Assembly (NCBI GenBank): GCA_048941265.1
Contig: JBHLNT010000005.1
Location: 1 to 64,000, forward strand
Length of the DNA: 64,000 nucleotides
Origin: Promethearchaeota archaeon
GTDB lineage: Archaea; Asgardarchaeota; Lokiarchaeia; Sigyniarchaeales; SOKP01
Reading direction: 5' to 3'
In this document: positions 46,672-57,758 of the stretch, one piece after another
How positions within the stretch are numbered: position 1 is the first letter of the stretch
Layout: each line of letters begins with the position of its first letter
Made by a program: the position numbers and the translations under genes
Notes under the pieces: generated by a model
The model's database searches: none
What the model was told of the DNA's origin: nothing
What the model saw: only the letters and a program-made list of their open reading frames with translations

Positions 46672-48054
46672 ATGGGATTTAGGATGGAGAATATAAAATC
46701 TGATAAACTTAGTAATAGAACAAAAATAGGGTATGCATTAGGAGCAATCCCAAACGGGCTTCTCATATACATCTTCGATTTAAAGTATATCGAATTCTTT
46801 TTCAATAACCTCCGATTGCTTCCTATATATTTTATCGCAGGACAGATTATTTATCTAATTATTAATGCTCTCAACGATCCGCTATTAGGACATTTGTCAG
46901 ATAAGACTAATCGTGAAAAATGGGGTAGTAGGAGGATAATTTATATTAAATATTTCGGACCCGTATGGGCATTAGCATTTCTTCTTGTATGGTTTCCGTG
47001 GAGTTTTGACAATCAAATAATAATATTTATTCACTACTGCGTGGCGATATGCTTATTCGATACACTATTTACTTTGGTCGTGACAGTATGGTTGGCGCTT
47101 TTACCAGAAATGACCTCGGATACTGATGAGAGAAGTAGCGTTCAATTCTTAGTACTTATAATTGGGGCATTAGTCGTCCTACCGATGCTTTTCATAATAG
47201 GAACAATGAAACCTATTTCTTTAACATTTAAAATTATTGTTATTATAGTAGCAATTATTTCGACAGTAATGCAACTTATTGTCGCTAAGATGTGTAAGGA
47301 AAGACCAGAATTTCAAAAAGACGAAGTGTTTCCATTATGGAGATCATTAAAAGAATGTTTTAAGTTAAAATCCTTTAAACTTTACTTAGGATGGATTTTT
47401 TTTGCTACACTATATGGCAGTATAAATTTAAGTTATTTATTTGCTTACTTATTGATTCTTGGAGAGAACGGATTTATTATTTTTTTCTTACTATACGTCT
47501 TTGGGTACTATAGTTCATATGCCATCTGTTTGAAGTTAAGACCAAAATGGGGCATAAGAAAGATACTCCTTCGATTCGGACTATTAAGGGTAATTGGAGC
47601 AACAACCTGCTTCTTTTTATGGCTTTCAACTGCCTTAAGCTTTTTTATAATATTGGGTTATGCATGTTTAGTATTTTTTGGAGGGTATTCTATCTTTACA
47701 TTTCCACTATTATATCTATCCATCGACGAGGATGAGGTTATCCATGGGACACGTAGAGATGGTATGTTTCAAGGACTTCAAGCACTCTTTAATAAGCCGG
47801 CTGTTAGCATTGGCCCTATTATTGCAACAATAATGTTAATATCATTTGGATATGTTCAAGGTTCTGAAACTCAACCAGATTCAGCTTTATTTGGTATAAC
47901 TTTATTGTTTCTGATTTTTCCTGCCGTAGTAATCGGAATAAGTCTGATTTTTATCTACTTTTATCCTTTATACGGTCAAACTTTAATTGAAATGAAGGAT
48001 AAGCTTGAGCAGATTCATAAAAAGAAACGTGGTTTGTTACAAAATAATTCTTAA
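46672..48054 (+). CDS. MFS transporter (GPH / Na+-melibiose symporter-like)
   Basis: NDPLLGHLSD, LPEMT, IDEDEV..GTRRDGMF; about 12 TM. Confidence 0.88.
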   Translation: MGFRMENIKSDKLSNRTKIGYALGAIPNGLLIYIFDLKYIEFFFNNLRLLPIYFIAGQIIYLIINALNDPLLGHLSDKTNREKWGSRRIIYIKYFGPVWALAFLLVWFPWSFDNQIIIFIHYCVAICLFDTLFTLVVTVWLALLPEMTSDTDERSSVQFLVLIIGALVVLPMLFIIGTMKPISLTFKIIVIIVAIISTVMQLIVAKMCKERPEFQKDEVFPLWRSLKECFKLKSFKLYLGWIFFATLYGSINLSYLFAYLLILGENGFIIFFLLYVFGYYSSYAICLKLRPKWGIRKILLRFGLLRVIGATTCFFLWLSTALSFFIILGYACLVFFGGYSIFTFPLLYLSIDEDEVIHGTRRDGMFQGLQALFNKPAVSIGPIIATIMLISFGYVQGSETQPDSALFGITLLFLIFPAVVIGISLIFIYFYPLYGQTLIEMKDKLEQIHKKKRGLLQNNS

Positions 48055-48110
48055 ACTATTTGATAACTTTTATTAATAAAATTTTATGATTTTTTACTCT
48101 TTTCTTAATA

Positions 48111-48785
48111 TTATTTTTTTTTTAATCTCCGGGGATAACAGGCAAATAACGCATTAAATATTTTTTCATGTTCCTCAAAATTTTCTTCAGGTATAGTAAA
48201 TGGCTCTCCTAATTGTAAAGCGCCCCAATATATTTTTGCTATTTTTTCTAAAAATACAGCAAATCTAACAGTATGGTCAACCGATTTTCCACAAACAATT
48301 GCCCCATGGTTCGCAAGTATTGCAGCATTATTAATTCCTAGAGCTTCAATTGCGCTTGTACCCATCTCATCTGTGTGTGCCTTCGTGATTTCAGTGCAAC
48401 GGATTTCCCCTCCAAGGAAGATGATCTGTTGCTCCATAATAATAGGGATACCTTTTCTAAGAATGGAAAGCATTGTAACATAAGGTGAATGAGTATGGAT
48501 AATACTTCCAACCTTTGGTCGATCTCTGTAGACTCCTAAATGCATCTTTACTTCTGTTGAGGGCATTACACCTGTACTTAATATATTTCCATCTAAATCC
48601 ATATGAACAATTTTTTCCGGAGTTAATTGATCGTAATTCGTGGAACTAGGGGTAACTAGTATTTCATTTTTGTTTATTCTAGCACTTGTATTCCCTTCTC
48701 CATCTTCGTTTATGCCTTTAGCATAAATCTTTTGAGCTCCCCTCATAACATCCTTTCTTAGTTGTTCGATTTTATCCGATGACAT
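48111..48785 (-). CDS. Class II aldolase/adducin family protein (fuculose-phosphate aldolase-like)
   Basis: GNTSAR, PSTEVKMH, IIHTHSPY, LANHG. Confidence 0.9.
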   Translation of the reverse strand: MSSDKIEQLRKDVMRGAQKIYAKGINEDGEGNTSARINKNEILVTPSSTNYDQLTPEKIVHMDLDGNILSTGVMPSTEVKMHLGVYRDRPKVGSIIHTHSPYVTMLSILRKGIPIIMEQQIIFLGGEIRCTEITKAHTDEMGTSAIEALGINNAAILANHGAIVCGKSVDHTVRFAVFLEKIAKIYWGALQLGEPFTIPEENFEEHEKIFNALFACYPRRLKKK

Positions 48786-49020
48786 ATGTTTTTTAATAAA
48801 TCAATGTTAATGAATTTTAGGATTGTTAAATTTAACGATGTTTATTAGATAACCATATTTAAATTATTTTGATGGATTCTCTTAGGAGATTTAATTTGCC
48901 ATAATTTTAATTAAAATTATTAAATTGTTATAGTCTTGAATTTTTAATTTTAAAATGAAATATCAAATTTGATAATTAATATTTCAGTATATATTTGAGT
49001 TAAATTATCAAGTAATAATC

Positions 49021-50109
49021 ATGAAGCGTTTTATATTACATTGTGATTTAGATAGTTTCTTTGCATCAGTCGAGATACGTGATCATCCAGAATATAAAGG
49101 AAAAGCTGTAATAATCGGAGCAGATCCAAAGGAAGGTAAAGGACGTGGAGTGGTTTCTACTTGTTCATATGAAGCCAGAAAATTTGGACTCCATTCAGGT
49201 ATGCCTATCTCACAAGCTTATAAAAGGTGCCCCCATGGTATCTATTTAAGGCCTAATTTTGAAAAATATCATAAGGCATCTAACGATGTAATGAGGATTA
49301 TCAAGGATTATTCACCTCTTTTCCAACAAGTAAGTATAGATGAGGCTTATCTGGACCTTACTAATATTTGTTCTAATTTTGAAGAAGTACTCAAAAAAAT
49401 CGCCAAATTAAAAAACGAGATATATGAGAACATCGGAATTACAATATCCGTAGGGTGCGCACCAACAAAATCGTTAGCTAAAATTGCTTCTGATTATAAT
49501 AAACCAAACGGGATCACTATGCTAAAACCTGAATCTTTTAAAGAGTTTATAAAAGATCTGGACATTACACGTATTCCCGGAATAGGGAAAAAAACTAAGG
49601 TATATTATTATAAAAAAGGAATAAGGAAAATCGGAGATATACTAAATACTCCCTTAAACAAGATGATTAGGAAATTCGGAAAATCCGGTGAATGGGTGTG
49701 GAAGGTAGCAAATGGAGTTGATTCGAGGGAAGTCAAAGAATTTGAAGGAGAAAGAAAGTCAATTAGTAAAGAAAGAACTTTTTTTGAGGATACATCCGAT
49801 TTTGAGGTTATTTTAAGTAAACTTGAGGATCTAAATGAGAGAATTAATAAAACAATAATGAAACATAATATCTATTACCGTACTATTACGCTAAAAATAA
49901 GGTTTGAAGGATTCTTAACTTATACTCGCTCTAAAACATTAGCTTATCCTATTCAAGATAAATCTAAAGTTATAAAAGTTATCTTAGAACTTTATAAAGA
50001 ATTTTCACACTCAGAAAAAAAGATCAGATTAGTGGGAATAAAACTTTCGAATTTAGAAAAAAATTTAAGCTCAAAACAGTGTGATCTCATAAAATTTGCT
50101 TCGACTTAA
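49021..50109 (+). CDS. dinB: DNA polymerase IV (Y family)
   Basis: HCDLDSFFASVE, SYEARKFG, SIDEAYLD, AKIASDYNKPNG. Confidence 0.95.
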   Translation: MKRFILHCDLDSFFASVEIRDHPEYKGKAVIIGADPKEGKGRGVVSTCSYEARKFGLHSGMPISQAYKRCPHGIYLRPNFEKYHKASNDVMRIIKDYSPLFQQVSIDEAYLDLTNICSNFEEVLKKIAKLKNEIYENIGITISVGCAPTKSLAKIASDYNKPNGITMLKPESFKEFIKDLDITRIPGIGKKTKVYYYKKGIRKIGDILNTPLNKMIRKFGKSGEWVWKVANGVDSREVKEFEGERKSISKERTFFEDTSDFEVILSKLEDLNERINKTIMKHNIYYRTITLKIRFEGFLTYTRSKTLAYPIQDKSKVIKVILELYKEFSHSEKKIRLVGIKLSNLEKNLSSKQCDLIKFAST

Positions 50110-50145
50110 AGAAATTAAATACTTATTGAGCGCTCTTATTCTTGT

Positions 50146-51072
50146 TTAAATTGAAAAGAATTTGTTTCTAATAAATACAGCAACCTCATCATGTAAGGCA
50201 CCATTAGAAGTGATAATACCTGGTGCTCTTAAGATACATTTTTCATCTTTGAAAACTAGACGTTCTTCGTCAAGATCTGTAACTTTGCCACCTGCTTCTC
50301 TAACTAATAAATCACCTGGCCCATAATCCCACGTAAATGCTCGAAATCCCATTATTGGTTTAATGTATAAATCATAACTTCCATCAGCTACTAAACAAAA
50401 TTTTGCCATACTATCCATCTTGATACGTTTTTCTATTCCAAGTTTATCGGCAAATTGCGTTACCCATGGCAAATCATAATGTAATGATTGACATAATCTT
50501 GCTTTTTTAAGATTAATTTGATTACTTACGTGAATAGATTCAAAATTCTTTCCTCCGTAAGAAGCTTTTGCTCCCTGACCTTGTTCAGCAGTAAAAATTG
50601 CTATACCATTATTCTTATATTGAGGAACATTAATAACACTGATTTTTGGATCTGAATTGACCATTAATCCAATTCCTATGGCATATTTTAAACCTTTCAT
50701 ATATCCCTTTGTTCCATCGATGGGATCTACTGTCCACTGTCTTGCTGACTTTTGACCACGATAATTAAATAAATTTTTGAGGTCTGTTATATCATTAATA
50801 TCTAAATCATTAAAGCATTCTTTAATCTGGCTAGCTGAATTATCATCAATCAATTCCATTTCATTTTCTTCAGCAATAACTTGATCTTTAGGAAAACTTA
50901 CTTTAAGCCGGCTTAAAATATAAATTTGGGAGGAATAGTCGGCAACAGTAGCCGGGGATCTATCCTTTTTTAAATAAGTTTCAACTCCTTTCTTTTTAAA
51001 CCATTCCGTAATTTCAGAAGCCTTTTTAACGAGATCCACAGCCAAGGATATTTCCCTATTATATTGAGACAC
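50146..51072 (-). CDS. 3'(2'),5'-bisphosphate nucleotidase / inositol monophosphatase family (HAL2-like)
   Basis: KKDRSPATVADY, AEE, WTVDPIDGTKG, MDSMAKF, WD...EAGGKVTD. Confidence 0.88.
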   Translation of the reverse strand: MSQYNREISLAVDLVKKASEITEWFKKKGVETYLKKDRSPATVADYSSQIYILSRLKVSFPKDQVIAEENEMELIDDNSASQIKECFNDLDINDITDLKNLFNYRGQKSARQWTVDPIDGTKGYMKGLKYAIGIGLMVNSDPKISVINVPQYKNNGIAIFTAEQGQGAKASYGGKNFESIHVSNQINLKKARLCQSLHYDLPWVTQFADKLGIEKRIKMDSMAKFCLVADGSYDLYIKPIMGFRAFTWDYGPGDLLVREAGGKVTDLDEERLVFKDEKCILRAPGIITSNGALHDEVAVFIRNKFFSI

Positions 51073-51230
51073 GAACTTTATACCACCTACGTAACTAATT
51101 CATAAAAAAATTGATTTAATAGAATTCAATAGTGTTTTATTCTTATTAAATTAATTCTTAATAGCTTAAAGTTGTCCTTTAATTTGTCCTAAAGATTTAA
51201 CCATCATGTTAAATTTTCATGTCATTAATA

Positions 51231-52064
51231 TTAAATAATTACCTTTCGTTCGAGTTCCATAGTCTCTAGGTCAATAAGAGCATAAATTAAATATTTTTCA
51301 TGATAATGAGACTGACCGGGTTGAAGACATAGAGTTCTGCCTATTTTATTATACCATTTTCCAGAGACTTCAGCAGATTCATGAATATGACCATGAAAGG
51401 ATAATAAGGGCTGATTTTTTTTTAGAAATTCATATACGGCTTTTGAACCTACTTTTCTCCCATCATAACAAATATCAAGAGAAACATTCGATGGAGGTGT
51501 ATGTATTATATATATTGTCTTATCCATATTGGATGGCCTCACTAAATTATTTATCTCGTATTCGATAGTGGGTAGAGTATTTGCGTAGGAAAACCAATCT
51601 TTAATCTTTATCCACCCATTAGAGGTAGAGATGACGGGTTTTCCAAATTGTTTCGGAAATTCAAAATCATTAGTATCCATCCGCGCTCTATCTTTGAGAG
51701 CGAATGGAAGGTCTGGAACCAAATTAAATCCGATAAATTCAAATGTATTAATTTCAAAAATAGTGTTTCCAATATTGATTATATAGTCATATTTATCGCA
51801 GGTTTTTTGAAAGAAATCGTCAAATTTCTGCAAATCATCGTTGCCTAACATTGTAATATAATATATTTTTTCTGAATTAAAGTGTGAGAAATTTTCATCA
51901 AGATAATCAATAATAAACTGATCTTGATTCAATAAATTACCTCTTAATAGCAGCATATCCCCACCATTGAGTACAATATCAACCCTCATCGTCTTAGCTA
52001 TTTCAAAAATACGATCATATTTCCATTCTGCTCCATGTAAGTCTGTAACATATAAAATTTTCAT
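51231..52064 (-). CDS. Metallophosphoesterase (Icc-like)
   Basis: TDLHG, GGD, GNDD, HTPP, HGHIHES. Confidence 0.88.
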   Translation of the reverse strand: MKILYVTDLHGAEWKYDRIFEIAKTMRVDIVLNGGDMLLLRGNLLNQDQFIIDYLDENFSHFNSEKIYYITMLGNDDLQKFDDFFQKTCDKYDYIINIGNTIFEINTFEFIGFNLVPDLPFALKDRARMDTNDFEFPKQFGKPVISTSNGWIKIKDWFSYANTLPTIEYEINNLVRPSNMDKTIYIIHTPPSNVSLDICYDGRKVGSKAVYEFLKKNQPLLSFHGHIHESAEVSGKWYNKIGRTLCLQPGQSHYHEKYLIYALIDLETMELERKVII

Positions 52065-52293
52065 AAATTCATTCCAAATATGATTGTTAAAATAATTAAA
52101 GAAAGGGTCATACTCATTTATAATTGATATAATTTAAAGAAATCCACCTTATATTATAAAATCAAATAAGAAATAATTTACGATTTAAAAGAAGTAGTTG
52201 TTTATTTATTATGGTTTATAAACTATAGGTATAATAAAAACCAATAATTCAATAGCATAATAAGAAAGTAAAACTAAGAGGAGAAGAGTAATA

Positions 52294-52650
52294 ATGCAAG
52301 CAATCGGAATTGTGATGCTTTATGACAGGCAGGTTGGAGAGCCCCAAGAAGTTTCTAAAAATTTTTTTGGAGAAAATTTTTCAATAGTTACGGAAGGGCT
52401 TGTATCTCAGGAATTGATTGATTTAATTCAATTAAAAAACATATTAGATTCAAAATCAATTTACTGGGCAGGTATTAGGGAGAATTTTGAAAAAATTTTA
52501 GAAGATGATGAGGGAATTGGACGTCTTGCGTGGAAAGTCTTTAATGATCAATCTGGTAAGGAAGCCTCTGATGAAGTAAAGAGTTTGATTTATGATGGAT
52601 CTAAAGCACCATGGAACTTTAGCTTAATGGTATGTGTTTTGTATGAATAG
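52294..52650 (+). CDS. Hypothetical protein
   Basis: 118-aa ORF with GAGGAG upstream; no recognised motif. Confidence 0.65.
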   Translation: MQAIGIVMLYDRQVGEPQEVSKNFFGENFSIVTEGLVSQELIDLIQLKNILDSKSIYWAGIRENFEKILEDDEGIGRLAWKVFNDQSGKEASDEVKSLIYDGSKAPWNFSLMVCVLYE

Positions 52651-52718
52651 AAGATTCATTCCAAAGGATTAGAAAAGAGAGGTATAAATTTATTTTATTC
52701 AATTATTTTTTTTCAAAC

Positions 52719-54773
52719 TTATTTTTGAGTCAACTTGCTGGATAAAAGCAAGAATGATTTTTTTTCTTGAGTCTGGCGAGTGAGTTTAGTTTCCATGTTA
52801 GTTAATTTTAAAAGCCAAAAAAGGGAATAAAGCTCAATTTTTCTCTCAAAATCGCGATCGATTTTCTGATATGTATGATATCCTCTGTAAAAAGCTTTAT
52901 TAAATTCGGGTTGATCGAGGAATTCTAAATCCCAATGAGTAATTTTAACAAAATCTTCTGCTTTTACCCCTATTCCCCAATTATCAAAATCTATTATTCC
53001 ATTTATTTTAATAGAACCTACATCATCTTTTACAATAATATTTTTACTGTGAAAATCATTATGTATTAGTACCGCCTCATTTTCCTCTTCAATTAGTGTC
53101 TCATTATCTTTAAAGAACTCCTTTATTTCTTCAATATTGTTAAGTTTGTTTTTTTTAGCCTCTTGAATTTCTATATTTAACCTATTATGAAATATTTCAG
53201 ACCAAATTTTTCCATTTTTTTCCCCGATCTCATATATATTTTCATAAAAAGAACTAAACTTGATTTGGTGTAATTTTCCTAAGGTCTCTCCTAATTTTAC
53301 AAATAAATTAATGAATTTTGAGGTGCTTAATTCTAAGTTAAAATCTTCAATTATATTCTGTTCCAATAATTTATGCAGTGTTTTTCCATGAATATATTCT
53401 TGCACTGTAAATATGTATGGAATTAATTTTTTAGATTCATCATAGTATATTAAATTTCCAACTGGTATGATTGGTGGATTTTGCTTATCGAAGTGATAAT
53501 TACCTGCTGGGGATTTTAGCAGCTCTTTTATTCTTTCATCAAATTTAGAAGAAAAAGGATATAAAGTCCCGTTTAAAAGGGGGAATAAAATCTTTTCTTT
53601 TGCGATATTTTCATATTGAAATGTTTTAGAGGTGCGAAATCTAAATATCAATTGTGAATTTTCGAAATTGACTCGATAAATAGTGTTAATTTGTCCGTCT
53701 AAAGGCCCGATAATTTTTTTAATTTTTCCCTGTTTAATTAAAACGTCAACAGTCGAAAAAATACGAATAATGTCTCTTAAATCATATAATTCATCTTTAT
53801 TTAAAGAATAAAGTTGAAAAATTAATTTTTGATTCAAAAGATAATTTGTAGTAGCTTCAATTCTCGTTTTAGTTATATCCTCCAATTCTCTTTGAAGTGG
53901 TGGCGAAACTATATTTAGTTCTTCAATTGGAATTTTTAATATATCCTTGTATAGATAAAGAAAGGCGTATTTTAAACCACGTTGTACTTTTCCAGCATTC
54001 ATTTTTATATCATAGATTTTATTTCTAATATCATCTAAATGTTCTTGGTGTTGGGTGAGTTCTAAAATATTATCTTCAAGGGCCGCTTTGTATAACTTTG
54101 AGCAAATATTTGTTAAATTTGCTATACCAGGTACGATTCCCGCATATTTTCTTAGTTCCAATGGGATTAATTGTAAAAAGAATGAAAATCTACTCTCATC
54201 ACCACATAATACAGAAAAATTTTCGCTTAGTTGTCCAATATATGCTTTATAATTATTGATTTTGTTAGATGCATCCTTAATGCCTCTTAAATTTTCAAAA
54301 TTTCTTAATTCTTGTACAATTTTTGGATCAATTTCATTACCAGCAAATTGCTCTGGATTATGATATAAATATATATGATTTTTAAGGGATAAGGAATCTA
54401 GAATGCTTTCAAAATGTATTTTTAACTCATCAGCAGGTAATTTTTTTGAAAATGGAGGAGCAATAAAAAAATTTAGAGCGCTAAATTTCTTACCCAATGT
54501 CTCTATCTGATTCGTAACTTCATCTACTTCATTCCCAAAAGCTCCTAATAAAATTGGTATTTTATCGTTAATTTCAATTGTAAGATTAAGAAATTTAATT
54601 TTTTCATTTAATTTATCGGAAAAATAAATTCCTTCACCAGTTGTCCCAAATAAATAAATAGCATTAGCCTTGTTTAATAGAGCATGGCGAATTAAAATTT
54701 TATTTAAATCCATTTCAATCTCATAGTCTTTATTGAAAAATGTTAGAGACGGAACAATAATGCCATTTACCAT
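52719..54773 (-). CDS. DapA-family aldolase fused to an APH/choline-kinase-like phosphotransferase
   Basis: N-half: GIIVPSLTFF, FGTTGEG, YLYHNP, GIKDAS. C-half: LGKLHQI, LIHNDFHSKNI, GIIDFD. Confidence 0.85.
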   Translation of the reverse strand: MVNGIIVPSLTFFNKDYEIEMDLNKILIRHALLNKANAIYLFGTTGEGIYFSDKLNEKIKFLNLTIEINDKIPILLGAFGNEVDEVTNQIETLGKKFSALNFFIAPPFSKKLPADELKIHFESILDSLSLKNHIYLYHNPEQFAGNEIDPKIVQELRNFENLRGIKDASNKINNYKAYIGQLSENFSVLCGDESRFSFFLQLIPLELRKYAGIVPGIANLTNICSKLYKAALEDNILELTQHQEHLDDIRNKIYDIKMNAGKVQRGLKYAFLYLYKDILKIPIEELNIVSPPLQRELEDITKTRIEATTNYLLNQKLIFQLYSLNKDELYDLRDIIRIFSTVDVLIKQGKIKKIIGPLDGQINTIYRVNFENSQLIFRFRTSKTFQYENIAKEKILFPLLNGTLYPFSSKFDERIKELLKSPAGNYHFDKQNPPIIPVGNLIYYDESKKLIPYIFTVQEYIHGKTLHKLLEQNIIEDFNLELSTSKFINLFVKLGETLGKLHQIKFSSFYENIYEIGEKNGKIWSEIFHNRLNIEIQEAKKNKLNNIEEIKEFFKDNETLIEEENEAVLIHNDFHSKNIIVKDDVGSIKINGIIDFDNWGIGVKAEDFVKITHWDLEFLDQPEFNKAFYRGYHTYQKIDRDFERKIELYSLFWLLKLTNMETKLTRQTQEKKSFLLLSSKLTQK

Positions 54774-54994
54774 TTTAATATACTCTGTTTTAGTACTAAA
54801 AAAAGGCTAACTAGATTTCAGATCTTATTTTATAAGAATCAGTATTGTCAAATTTTGTAAATAAAAATGAATGTGATCATTAATACTTTATCCTAAAGAT
54901 ATACCCATAAAAAGTAATTAAAGGAAGACAAAATACTCAGCTACGTATAAGTAAAGAGGGAAAGAAAAAAAAGAGAATTTAAAAAAAAAATTTT

Positions 54995-55507
54995 CTATTT
55001 CATTTTAACTGCTCCTATCAGAACAATAAAAGCAGCTAGAGTTCCTATAAAAAATCCCGTACCGAGGCCCCAAGTCCAATTACCATAGCTTCCATAAAAT
55101 ATATTATATTCTTCATTAGATAGAAATTCAAGAACATCAAGAAATCTCTTAAAATCATCCCATTCTGAAAGGGCGTATAGAAAAAGACCGATTCCAATAA
55201 ACATCATCAATGAGCAAAGAACTGTTAGATTTTTAGATTCGTTAATTGCACCTATTATTGCAATAAAAGAACCCAACAGAAACACAACCCCAGCTATTGT
55301 TCCAATATTACCTAATATTTGCCGGTTATGTGAATATCCAAAAGCATTAATATAATAATTTCTTTTTAATGTCCAGAATTCCCATGTTATTTGCCACCAA
55401 GCTCCTAATGATTCAGATACATAGTATGATAACACTGAGAAAATACCAAATAGGCCCCCTAAAATAATTACAACTTTATATGAGTCATTACGTCCCATAT
55501 TTCTCAT
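54995..55507 (-). CDS. Hypothetical 4-TM membrane protein
   Basis: Four hydrophobic segments; WGLGTGFF near the C-terminus. Confidence 0.65.
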   Translation of the reverse strand: MRNMGRNDSYKVVIILGGLFGIFSVLSYYVSESLGAWWQITWEFWTLKRNYYINAFGYSHNRQILGNIGTIAGVVFLLGSFIAIIGAINESKNLTVLCSLMMFIGIGLFLYALSEWDDFKRFLDVLEFLSNEEYNIFYGSYGNWTWGLGTGFFIGTLAAFIVLIGAVKMK

Positions 55508-55682
55508 CCATTTTGATTTATATTATTAAAATCGACACCTATGACTAAAAAAAGGATAAATGATAATTATGCACAAATATATTTAAAAATATTCGATATC
55601 AGATTAGAGTCTTTTTTATTAATTCTAATAAGAACGGAAAAAGTATGTGGCTTTTTTAGAGTAAAAAATAATCTAGGGACTA

Positions 55683-56315
55683 TTAATTAATATATTTTCT
55701 AATAACCTCACCTTTTGGCTTTTCCTCTTCAAATAAAATTGCCTGAAAAGAAAATATCTTGGTTTTTTTATCTTTCCACTCATCAGCAGAGAGCCATGCT
55801 TTTTGGCAAGTGTGTCTTAAAAATTCTTCAACCGACCAATTTCTATCGTGTTCAACAGGTACTTGAGGCAATAATAAACCTCTACTCATACCCTTTTCGG
55901 CAATTAATCCATCCCTTCCAATTACAATTTTCTCTAAATATTCTTTAGGATCGTTAACTTCAATCAATTTTGGCGGAGTTAAGATAGATAATTCAATTAT
56001 AATATTATCCATTTCTTCAAGGGTAACTGAGGGAAATCGAGGATCTTCGGTTGCTGAACTTATTGAAACTTTATGAATAACATCATATAAAGGATAAATT
56101 GGCTCAATATATCCAATGCAACCTCGCAAGGGATTTCCAGGAACATTGTAAGTATTTAAAGTTACAAACGCTCCATATTTATCCCCGAATTTTTCTTTGA
56201 TTACTTCGGGAACTGGAATTCTTTTACTCTGTTTTAAATAATTTTCGATATTTTTTCTAGCGAATTGTATTAACAATTTCCCATCTTCCACACTAAATGG
56301 TTCCTTGTCTGACAT
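55683..56315 (-). CDS. AMMECR1 / AmmeMemoRadiSam protein A family
   Basis: GAFVTL, LRGCIG, DPRF, GLLLPQV, CQKA. Confidence 0.92.
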   Translation of the reverse strand: MSDKEPFSVEDGKLLIQFARKNIENYLKQSKRIPVPEVIKEKFGDKYGAFVTLNTYNVPGNPLRGCIGYIEPIYPLYDVIHKVSISSATEDPRFPSVTLEEMDNIIIELSILTPPKLIEVNDPKEYLEKIVIGRDGLIAEKGMSRGLLLPQVPVEHDRNWSVEEFLRHTCQKAWLSADEWKDKKTKIFSFQAILFEEEKPKGEVIRKYIN

Positions 56316-56378
56316 AATCCCTCTTAAAAGTTTTATATCTATATCATATTATGTTTAAAGATTTTTTATACTTTATAT

Positions 56379-57758
56379 TCACTTCTTTATGATTTTTCCT
56401 TTTGATTCAGAGTTTATTTCGTATCCTTCTATAAATACCTTCCAAATCTGAACTGACGTTCTATATCCCTCAAAAGGGGAAAATTTTGCCTTTGTCTTAA
56501 AATTTTGAGGATTAATGTTATATGTAGAGATTTTATCCACAATCACTAAATCGGCATCATATCCTTCCTTTATAAATCCTTTATTCCTTAAATTAAATCG
56601 TTTTGCAGGATTTTCTGAGGCTATTTTTACAAAATTTTCTAAAGGGAGTTCATATCGACACACTTTATCCAATAATAATAGTGGATATGTTTCAAATCCA
56701 GGAAAACCAGAAGGAGCCTCGTTATATGGTTTTAATTTCTCTATAATTGTGTGGGGGGCATGATCAGTTCCAATTAATTCGATATTTCCCGCCTTAAATT
56801 CATTATATAAAAATAGAGAATGTTCCTCATCTCGTAAAGGAGGTAAGACCTTGCCAAAATTCTCATGATTTAAATTTATTTTATTTGATAAAAGTAGATG
56901 ATGAGGCGTAATTTCGAAGCTTATTTTTAATTCAGCATATCGCCCTACGGCTTTTTTTATAATATTATAACTATCTATACAACTTATATGACAAAAATGA
57001 ACTATAGGGTATTTCTCCTTCTTCAAATTATTATCAGCAATAATTTTATAATAGTTTTCAAGAATAAAATTTACATATTGTGCCTCCATTTGGCAGGGAT
57101 AAAGCTTATTATGTAATTCTAATGTATTGTAATTTCGCAATGTGGATTCTTGAAGAATTTTCTCTCTTTTAGCTATAGATAATGGCCAATCAGGGTGTAT
57201 AAAAATGGGTATTTGAAACTCCGATGAGACAAGAAGTAGTTTTTGTACATTCAAATGATCAATCCAGTCAATTTCATTTAAAGAGCTAAGAGGATATATT
57301 TTGAATCCAATTACACCAAGTTCAATAATTTTCAAAACCTCATCATAGTCAATTGCCTTAGGAATCCCTGCGATAAACGCCACATTGACATGGATGTTAT
57401 TTTTAGCTTTATCCATCCATTTTTTCACTTGGTCTGACGTGATTGCTGGGGGTTGAGTATTCGGCATATTAAAAACAGTGGTTATGCCTGAAACAGCTGC
57501 GGCTTTTGTTCCAGTTAAAAACGTTTCTTTCTCACTTTGTCCCATATCTCTCAAGTGAGAATGAATATCAATAATACCTGGGATGATTACTTTTTGTTCG
57601 CAGTCAATTTCTTCTTTATCTGGGTTTTGTTTAGAAAACTCTTTTAAATCTTCACTATTTGGATTGTAGGTTATCTTTTTGATTATCTTATTGTCAATAA
57701 GAATTAACCCATCCCTTAGCAGCCCGTCATCGTATATTTTTGCGTTTTTTAAAATCAT
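56379..57758 (-). CDS. pyrC: Dihydroorotase
   Basis: PGIIDIHSHLR, MPNTQP, HFCHIS, EITPHHL, GTDHAPH. Confidence 0.88.
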   Translation of the reverse strand: MILKNAKIYDDGLLRDGLILIDNKIIKKITYNPNSEDLKEFSKQNPDKEEIDCEQKVIIPGIIDIHSHLRDMGQSEKETFLTGTKAAAVSGITTVFNMPNTQPPAITSDQVKKWMDKAKNNIHVNVAFIAGIPKAIDYDEVLKIIELGVIGFKIYPLSSLNEIDWIDHLNVQKLLLVSSEFQIPIFIHPDWPLSIAKREKILQESTLRNYNTLELHNKLYPCQMEAQYVNFILENYYKIIADNNLKKEKYPIVHFCHISCIDSYNIIKKAVGRYAELKISFEITPHHLLLSNKINLNHENFGKVLPPLRDEEHSLFLYNEFKAGNIELIGTDHAPHTIIEKLKPYNEAPSGFPGFETYPLLLLDKVCRYELPLENFVKIASENPAKRFNLRNKGFIKEGYDADLVIVDKISTYNINPQNFKTKAKFSPFEGYRTSVQIWKVFIEGYEINSESKGKIIKK

